From an uncultured Solirubrobacterales bacterium (GTDB taxonomy: Bacteria > Actinomycetota > Thermoleophilia > Solirubrobacterales > Solirubrobacteraceae): a stretch of DNA of 64,000 bases. Every line of letters begins with the position of its first letter. The first letter of the stretch is position 1. The stretch lies in NCBI GenBank assembly GCA_963803595.1, contig CAWDNF010000019.1:23383-87382 (forward strand), written 5' to 3'. Of this stretch, positions 57,680 to 64,000 are shown piece after piece. Position numbers and translations under genes: made by a program. The notes under the pieces were generated by a model. That model did no database searches, was not told where the DNA came from, and worked only from the letters and a program-made list of their open reading frames with translations.

Positions 57680-57936
57680 TGCTCACTCACACCCTGTTGC
57701 TCGGTGCGCTGACCGACGGTGGGCTTCGCTCGCTGGCCATCGGGGTCGCAGGCGGCATGGGCGCGATCGGGGCCGGCATCGGCATCGGCATGGTGTTCAA
57801 GGGCGTGCTCGAGGGAATCGTCCGCCAGCCTGAGCTGCGCGACGAGATCACAACCGTCCAATGGCTCGGCTTTGCCCTCACCGAAGCCTGCTTCTTCTAT
57901 GGGCTCGTGTCGGGGCTGCTCGCGTATGTGCTGTAG
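57679..57936 (+). CDS. atpE: F0F1 ATP synthase subunit c, orphan copy
   Basis: 85 aa hairpin with GAGIGIG, RQPE loop and ion-binding Glu in FALTEA; RBS AAGGAGG at 57665-57671; start overlaps the hydrolase stop. Confidence 0.88.
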   Translation: MLTHTLLLGALTDGGLRSLAIGVAGGMGAIGAGIGIGMVFKGVLEGIVRQPELRDEITTVQWLGFALTEACFFYGLVSGLLAYVL

Positions 57937-57991
57937 CTGACGGGCGGTAGGGCAGCGGCGCGTTCCCCGTCCGAGGTCAGCGAGAGACCGA

Positions 57992-58291
57992 CTAGAACTC
58001 GTCCGGCGTCGGGTGCGCCTCGCTGAAGGTGAACTCGGGCTCGCCCTGAGCCCCCGCTCCCTGCATGACCTCGGCGATCCGCGGATCGCTGAAGAACTGC
58101 TGGAACTGCTCTGCGCTCTCCCACTCGTCGATTACGACGACGAAGCCGTCACCCACGCCGAAGCGGTGATGCAGGCAGCCCTGGCGCTTGGCCTCTTCGG
58201 CGAGCTCGCGCAGCTTGTCGCCTTCCTGCTCCACGAACTGGCGAAACTGGTTCGTGTCGCCCGCCACGCGCATCGTCACCAGCACGCTCAT
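57992..58291 (-). CDS. Small ABM/dimeric alpha-beta barrel protein
   Basis: GCLHHRF, VVIDEWES.EQFQQFF; RBS AGGAGG upstream. Confidence 0.6.
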   Translation of the reverse strand: MSVLVTMRVAGDTNQFRQFVEQEGDKLRELAEEAKRQGCLHHRFGVGDGFVVVIDEWESAEQFQQFFSDPRIAEVMQGAGAQGEPEFTFSEAHPTPDEF

Positions 58292-58369
58292 ATCGCCTCC
58301 TGGTAGGTCGGTGTGGCGAACCTAACAGTCCGCACTTCGAAGCGCCGCGGCAGAACGCGACGAGGCAGG

Positions 58370-59518
58370 CTATTCGCCCAGCACGAGCTCGAGCCGGCGC
58401 TCGAGGGCACGCGCCAGCTGGTCACGGACAGGGCCCTGCTCGAAGCGCTCGACGAGCGCCGCCAGGAATCCCTCGATCACGAGCCGCTTTGCCGTGTCGA
58501 GGTCGAGGCCGTGGGCACGCAGATAGAAGAGCTGCTCGGGGTCGACCTGGGCCACGGCCGCCGCGTGCGTGCAGCGAACGTCGTTGGCCTGGATCTCGAG
58601 CCCAGGAATCGCGTCCGCGTGGGCACGCTTGGAGAGCAGCAAGTTGCGCGACTCCTGGAAGGCGTCTGTCTTCTGCGCACCGGGGTCGACGATGATGTTT
58701 CCCTTCCAGACCGCGCTCGAGCGCCCGAGCAGCACGCCCCTGAAGGCAAGATCGGAAGTCGTGTTGGGCGCCGCGTGCTCCTGCGTGGTGTCGAAATCGA
58801 TGTGCTGGCGGGCATGGGTGGCGTACGCTCCCGTCACGCGGGCCTCGGCGCCCTGGCCGGACAGCTTGGTCTCCATCCGCACTCGGCCGCGGCCCGACCC
58901 AAACCCCAGCGCCACCCAGTCGAGATAGCCATCGCGGCCCACCTCGGCCCGCTGGGCGCCAAAGATCCACGTGCTCTCAGACAGTGACTGGCCCGAGACG
59001 TAGCGCAGCCGGGCGCCGTCGCCGACGACCACTTCGGTCACGACGTTGAACACGCCATCGAGCTCGGCCTCGGCGGAGAGCAATTGCTCCCAGACCTCGG
59101 CCTGGGCGCCCTCCTCCAGCACGATCAGCGTGCGCCAGTTGACCAGCGTCCGGCTCCGTTCATGGACAGCGGTGAGCGCGATCGGCTGATCGACCGCGAC
59201 GCCCCGTGGCACATAGACGAAGGCTCCGCTGCGTGCCCCGGCGTCGTTGAGCGCCACGAACACGTCATCCTGAGCCGTGAGCAGCGATCCAAGACGTGGG
59301 TCGCTCGAGGCCTGATCGATCGTCGTTACGACCACGCCGTCAGGCAGCGTCGCCTCAGGGAGCGAGAACAGCGCCTCCTCGACCGGGATCTGGCCCGCGG
59401 ACGCTCGCTCGTAGGCCGCGAGGTCCAGGTCCGAGATGTCGGTGAACTCCCAGCCCGGCCGCCCTTTGAAGGTGGGAAGCTCGAGCGTGGCCGGCCCGGC
59501 CGGGCCGGCGCTACCCAA
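58370..59518 (-). CDS. sufD: Fe-S cluster assembly protein SufD
   Basis: [34 protein letters not shown]. Confidence 0.93.
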   Translation of the reverse strand: MGSAGPAGPATLELPTFKGRPGWEFTDISDLDLAAYERASAGQIPVEEALFSLPEATLPDGVVVTTIDQASSDPRLGSLLTAQDDVFVALNDAGARSGAFVYVPRGVAVDQPIALTAVHERSRTLVNWRTLIVLEEGAQAEVWEQLLSAEAELDGVFNVVTEVVVGDGARLRYVSGQSLSESTWIFGAQRAEVGRDGYLDWVALGFGSGRGRVRMETKLSGQGAEARVTGAYATHARQHIDFDTTQEHAAPNTTSDLAFRGVLLGRSSAVWKGNIIVDPGAQKTDAFQESRNLLLSKRAHADAIPGLEIQANDVRCTHAAAVAQVDPEQLFYLRAHGLDLDTAKRLVIEGFLAALVERFEQGPVRDQLARALERRLELVLGE

Positions 59519-60932
59519 TCGAGCCCTCCATCTGAAGCTCGATCAGGCGGTTCATCTCGACCGCGTACTCCATCGGCAGCTCCTTGGTGATCGGCTCGAT
59601 GAAGCCGTTGACGATCAGCTTGGAGGCCTCGTCCTCAGGAATGCCGTGCGACATGAGGTAGAAGAGCTGATCATCGCCCACCTTCGAGACGGTGGCCTCG
59701 TGGCCGACGGTCACGTCGTCCTCGCCGATCCGGATCGTCGGATAGGTGTCGGAGCGCGACTCCTCATCAAGCAGCAGCGCGTCACAGACGACCTTCGACC
59801 TGGCGCCGTGGGCTCCCTTGGCGACCTCGAGCAGGCCGCGGTACGAGGACCGCCCTCCGTCCTTGGAGATCGACTTGGCGAAGATGTTGCTCGTAGTGTC
59901 GGGCGCGGCATGAATGATCTTCCCGCCGGCGTCCTGGTGCTGCCCCTTGCCCGCGAAGGCGATCGACAGGATCTCACCATGCGCGCGCTCGCCCAGCAGG
60001 TAGACACTCGGATACTTCATCGTCAACCGGGAACCGAGGTTGCAATCAACCCACTCGACCGTCGCGTCCTCGTGGGCGACCGCGCGCTTGGTCACCAGGT
60101 TGAACACATTCTGCGACCAGTTCTGCACGGTCGTGTAGCGGATGCGGGCGCCTGGCTTGGCGATCAGCTCGACTACGGCGGAGTGCAGGCTCGAACTCGA
60201 ATACGTAGGCGCGGTGCAGCCCTCGACGTAGTGCACATATGAGCCCGGCTCGGCGATGATCAGCGTCCGCTCGAACTGGCCCATGTTCTCGGTGTTGATC
60301 CGGAAGTAGGCCTGGAGCGGCATCTCCACGTGCACGCCCTGCGGGACGTACACGAACGAGCCACCTGACCATACGGCCGAGTTGAGCGCGGCGAGCTTGT
60401 TGTCGTTGGGCGGGATCACGGTGGCGAAGTACTCGCGCACGATGTCCTCGTGCTCGCGCAGCCCGGAATCCATGTCCATAAAGATCACGCCCTGCTTCTC
60501 GAGGTCCTCTCGGACCTGGTGGTAGACGACCTCAGATTCATATTGCGCGCCCACCCCCGACAGGAACTTGCGCTCCGCCTCCGGGATGCCCAGCCGGTCG
60601 AACGTCTTCTTCACGTCCTCAGGGACGTCGTCCCATGAACGCTCGGCGCGTTCGGAGGCCCGCACGAAGTAATGGATGTTGTCGTAGTCGACCTCGGCCA
60701 GCATCGGCGAGCCCCAGGTTGGCTGGGGCCGGGCGAGGAAGTGATCGAGCGCCTTGAGGCGGAAATCCCGCATCCACTGCGGCTCCGACTTGAACTCGGA
60801 GATCTTCTCGACGAGCTCCCGGCTCAGGCCCTTGGGTGCCTTGTAGAGGTAGTTCTCGGCATCATGGAAGCCATAGCGCTGCTCGTAATCGGCGTTGATC
60901 TCGCGAAGCTGCTGGTTCTCGGTGATCGCCAC
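59511..60932 (-). CDS. sufB: Fe-S cluster assembly protein SufB
   Basis: [43 protein letters not shown]. Confidence 0.97.
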   Translation of the reverse strand: MAITENQQLREINADYEQRYGFHDAENYLYKAPKGLSRELVEKISEFKSEPQWMRDFRLKALDHFLARPQPTWGSPMLAEVDYDNIHYFVRASERAERSWDDVPEDVKKTFDRLGIPEAERKFLSGVGAQYESEVVYHQVREDLEKQGVIFMDMDSGLREHEDIVREYFATVIPPNDNKLAALNSAVWSGGSFVYVPQGVHVEMPLQAYFRINTENMGQFERTLIIAEPGSYVHYVEGCTAPTYSSSSLHSAVVELIAKPGARIRYTTVQNWSQNVFNLVTKRAVAHEDATVEWVDCNLGSRLTMKYPSVYLLGERAHGEILSIAFAGKGQHQDAGGKIIHAAPDTTSNIFAKSISKDGGRSSYRGLLEVAKGAHGARSKVVCDALLLDEESRSDTYPTIRIGEDDVTVGHEATVSKVGDDQLFYLMSHGIPEDEASKLIVNGFIEPITKELPMEYAVEMNRLIELQMEGSIG

Positions 60933-61249
60933 TACTCAACCTCCAGCTTGATCTTCTCGTCCTCGACGATCACCGGAAACGTGTCGACCGGGACGTAGGC
61001 GGGCAAAGTCTTGGGCTTGCCCGTCCGCAGGTCGAACAACGACCCGTGGCGTGGGCACTCTACGGTGCAGTTCTCCTGGTCTACCTCACCCTCGGCGAGA
61101 GGCCCGTTGTCGTGCGAGCAGCGGTCCTCGATTGCGTAGAAGGTGCCGGCACAATTGACCACTCCGATCTCGAGATCCTCCCATTCGACCAGGCGAACCT
61201 CGCCGGGGGCGAGGTCGGAGGTGGGACAGACTTCGATCAACTCGGGCAC
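60932..61249 (-). CDS. Rieske [2Fe-2S] ferredoxin
   Basis: CSH and CPRHGSLFD. Confidence 0.93.
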   Translation of the reverse strand: MPELIEVCPTSDLAPGEVRLVEWEDLEIGVVNCAGTFYAIEDRCSHDNGPLAEGEVDQENCTVECPRHGSLFDLRTGKPKTLPAYVPVDTFPVIVEDEKIKLEVE

Positions 61250-61287
61250 GTCGTAAATCCTAGCGCAGTGATCGGATTTGGCCGGGC

Positions 61288-61464
61288 CTAGCGTTCGGCC
61301 AGCCAGGCGGCCACGGCACGCTCGATTGCTGCCACGTTTCGCAGCGAATGAGAGCCTGGCACGAGCATCACGCGCCGGTCCGGCCCCTCGGGAGGTCGGC
61401 CGAACGGGTCATTCTCGCCTTGGACGACCAGCACCGGGAGCTCGACCGCGTCGAGCTCCCTCAG
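61288..61464 (-). pseudogene. C-terminal remnant of an alpha/beta-hydrolase
   Basis: Reads LRELDAVELPVLVVQGENDPFG...VPGSHSL...AWLAER*; no start or N-terminal half because the methyltransferase ends at 61461. Confidence 0.6.
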
Positions 61465-62126
61465 CCCCCGGCCGGCTTGCGGGCGGAGAAGAAAGCCAGT
61501 CCACCGTTACGCCGCGCATCCACCTCGACCAGGCCGGCGGCGGCGAGCGAGGACTCGAGCTCCTCGAGGGCAAGTCCTGGACCGAACATCCCGCCTAGCT
61601 GCATCGCGCGGACGAAAGCCTCCTGGCGGATCCCCGCGCCCCTGACCACAGTCGTCCCGCGAAGCGCGCCGTCCGGCGCGAGCACTCGGGCCATCTCGCA
61701 GATCGCCGCCGCGGGATCCGGGAAGCAGTGGAGGCCGGTGTAGGAAACGATCGTTTCGAACCTGCCGTCCTCGAAAGGGAGCGCCTCCACGTCGGCCTGC
61801 GCGAACTCGATCCAGTGGAGGCCGCGGCGGTCGGCTTCGGTCTGGGCCCGGCGGAGCATCACCGAGGAGAGATCGGCGGCGATGTAATGGAGTTCCTGCT
61901 CGGGGGCAAGCCCGCGGAACGCAACCCCGCCCCCGCAGGGGATGTCAAGCACGCTCGTACCTGACCGCAGCTGGCCAAGCCGGTCGATATCGCGGTAGAA
62001 GGCCGAGGTGTTCGTGCCCCAGATCAGCTGGCCGAGCACCCGCGCCACGTGCTCGTGCTCAACGGCCCAGTCATATGCGCTGGCCTCGAGCCAGGTGGTA
62101 CGCCACCGATCGCGAACGTCCGGCAC
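61461..62126 (-). CDS. Class I SAM-dependent methyltransferase
   Basis: VLDIPCGGG, ADLS, LPFEDG, GLHCFPDP, EMARVL. Confidence 0.88.
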   Translation of the reverse strand: MPDVRDRWRTTWLEASAYDWAVEHEHVARVLGQLIWGTNTSAFYRDIDRLGQLRSGTSVLDIPCGGGVAFRGLAPEQELHYIAADLSSVMLRRAQTEADRRGLHWIEFAQADVEALPFEDGRFETIVSYTGLHCFPDPAAAICEMARVLAPDGALRGTTVVRGAGIRQEAFVRAMQLGGMFGPGLALEELESSLAAAGLVEVDARRNGGLAFFSARKPAGG

Positions 62127-62218
62127 CTACGCCAGCCTAGGCCACCCCGAGCCCGGTCGTAAGCGCGCGAGCGGCGCCGCGTCGCGGCGAGGCCGCACGA
62201 GGCGACACTGCCCGACGG

Positions 62219-63217
62219 CTATCGACCCCGGAACACCACGTGCCCCTCGACGTGAGCCTCGCGGGGGCCGGTCGCGACCTCCCGGACCTCGCACCGCTGC
62301 GCGCAGCTCACGGCGATCGTCAGCGCCCCGCCCTCGGTCACCGCCAGCAAATCGCCCGAGCGCACGCCGGCAGCCCTCAGGGACGACCGCTTGATCGCCA
62401 GCACCTCGTCGTCACCGGGATGGGGATTACCGGGCGTGCCTCGGTCGGCTACGAACGCGTCGGTAAAGCGAGGCGGAACGAACCCCAAGCTCTCGACCCC
62501 GATGTCCTGCCCGTGGGGCAGGCCCGAGCGCGCCACGAGGGTGACGCCCCCCATCCGGGAGATCGCATAGAGGTTGCCGGTGTGCTCGTCTGGCGCGATC
62601 AGCTCGCCGGCGAACCGTCCAAACCCCGTAGGCGCAACAGCCATTCCGCCCTCGACCGGGGGAGCCGAACGCGTGAGCACCTCGACCTGCCCGCGGCAGT
62701 CGATCGCATATACGGTGGTGCGACGCTTGTACGTACGACTGACGAGCAGCCGTCCGCCGAAGCGGCCGGTCGCGTCCAGCGCGATTCCGTCCTCTAGCCC
62801 CGTGCCCGGCAGCCGGGCAAACCGCCGCACCGCCCCAGCAGGCGAGACTGCGGTGACACCGTTCCCGTCCCTGAGTCGAAGCGCATACACGCTGCCGGCG
62901 GGAAACGGACATCGAGCTCCGCGCAAGGGCGATCCCGCCAGCACGATGTACGGTTCGAGCCCAACCGGGGCCGTATAGCGCGGGGCGAACCGCCCAGTCG
63001 CGCCACCGGGAGACAGGGTCAGGAGCCGCCCGCGGGCGGCAACCACGATCGTCCTGCCCGCTCGCGGCGCGGTGAGATCGACGACGCCGCGCAGGTGCTC
63101 TACGCCAGTCCAGCGCGCCAGCGGCCGCTGAGTAGCCGCGGGCCGCCGCGCACTCGCCGCCGAACAGCCCGCCACGAGCAGCACCAGCCCGACTCCGACC
63201 ACACGCCTATGCATCAC
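62219..63217 (-). CDS. Putative lipoprotein (possible beta-propeller)
   Basis: Lipobox LVAG-C; DGIALD, EGGMAVAP repeats. Confidence 0.6.
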   Translation of the reverse strand: MMHRRVVGVGLVLLVAGCSAASARRPAATQRPLARWTGVEHLRGVVDLTAPRAGRTIVVAARGRLLTLSPGGATGRFAPRYTAPVGLEPYIVLAGSPLRGARCPFPAGSVYALRLRDGNGVTAVSPAGAVRRFARLPGTGLEDGIALDATGRFGGRLLVSRTYKRRTTVYAIDCRGQVEVLTRSAPPVEGGMAVAPTGFGRFAGELIAPDEHTGNLYAISRMGGVTLVARSGLPHGQDIGVESLGFVPPRFTDAFVADRGTPGNPHPGDDEVLAIKRSSLRAAGVRSGDLLAVTEGGALTIAVSCAQRCEVREVATGPREAHVEGHVVFRGR

Positions 63218-63287
63218 TCGAACGCCCGAGTCAAGCGCACTGAGCCAGCTCGCCTCCTGCGGCCCGCCGGGTTGCCGTCCGGATCGC

Positions 63288-63716
63288 CTATGCCGCGTCG
63301 GCGTCGCTCTCGGGCGTTCCGGGCTCCCACTCGACCGCCTGACCGAGCGCGGCGCCCTTGAGCACCTTGAGCGACAGCAGCGCGCACTTCATCCGGGTGG
63401 CTGAGATGTCGATCCCCAGAAGATCGAGGACGAACGACCGGTCGAGCCGCAAGAGCTCGTCCGTCGGCATCCCCTTGACCTCGTCTGAGACCATCGAAGC
63501 CGCGGCCTGCGAGATCGCGCAACCGTGGCCCGAGAAGCGGACATCCGCAATCTTCCCCTCGCTGCCCAGGGCCAGCTGAACCCGCAACTCATCGCCGCAC
63601 AGTGGGTTGAGGTCGTGGAACTCCAGGGCTGGCGCCTCGATCGGCGCCGCCGGCGGACTCCAGTTGTGGGGATGCTTGTAGTGGTCGAGGATGTTCTCGC
63701 GGTAGAGATCGTCCAC
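63288..63716 (-). CDS. sufU: SufU/IscU Fe-S scaffold or sulfur-transfer protein
   Basis: [27 protein letters not shown]; GTG start at 63716. Confidence 0.9.
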   Translation of the reverse strand: MDDLYRENILDHYKHPHNWSPPAAPIEAPALEFHDLNPLCGDELRVQLALGSEGKIADVRFSGHGCAISQAAASMVSDEVKGMPTDELLRLDRSFVLDLLGIDISATRMKCALLSLKVLKGAALGQAVEWEPGTPESDADAA

Positions 63717-63761
63717 CTGCCAAGCGTAGCGACGGGGTGAGTGGCAACTGGCTCCTCTAGG

Positions 63762-64000
63762 ATGCTCGTGGTGACGACCGACCGAGCGGGGAGCACCGTC
63801 GTCGTCACGGGCGGGGCTGGTTTCATCGGCTCTCACCTCGTCGATCTCGTGCTTGCCGAGGGCGGCGAGCCAGTCGTGATCGATGATCTGTCGAGCGGAT
63901 CCCGGGCCAACCTTGCCGCCGGCGCCCGGCTCGAGGTACTGGACATCACCGACCGTCGCGCGTTTGACCGAACGGTCGACGCCCTGCGCCCTGAGGTCAT
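63762..64000 (+). CDS. NAD-dependent epimerase/dehydratase (GalE-like), 5' part
   Basis: [21 protein letters not shown]; runs off the window. Confidence 0.85.
   Translation, partial: MLVVTTDRAGSTVVVTGGAGFIGSHLVDLVLAEGGEPVVIDDLSSGSRANLAAGARLEVLDITDRRAFDRTVDALRPEV

Overview
High-GC actinobacterial DNA; gene content and protein style suggest Thermoleophilia/Solirubrobacterales (inference). About 1-38.5 kb is one large cell-surface glycan locus. It encodes GT2 and GT4 glycosyltransferases, a Wzx-like flippase, membrane proteins and five GH26 paralogues. Its left arm (971-18607, minus strand, mostly 4-bp stop/start overlaps) is an unusual double carrier-protein assembly line. One module has a SerRS-like amino acid:ACP ligase, ACP, acyl-ACP dehydrogenase, DUF1839, a GH2-like protein, a tandem alpha/beta-hydrolase and AcpS. 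The other is a split NRPS module: Leu-type A-T, P450, C domain with a dead A domain, and an Sfp PPTase. An ATP-grasp ligase and a flavoprotein complete the arm. The right part (38.5-64 kb) is mostly core genome: tRNA-Tyr, rpoD, folE2, pgsA, clpP and suf genes. It also holds a TetR-divergent hydrolase plus orphan atpE operon and a TPR-MCE fusion. Many single-base frameshifts, even in essential genes (densest at 1-500 and 40-50 kb), point to long-read consensus errors, so frameshifts and apparent fusions need read-level checks. No CRISPR array, integrase or transposase was seen. All family assignments come from motif recognition, not database searches.
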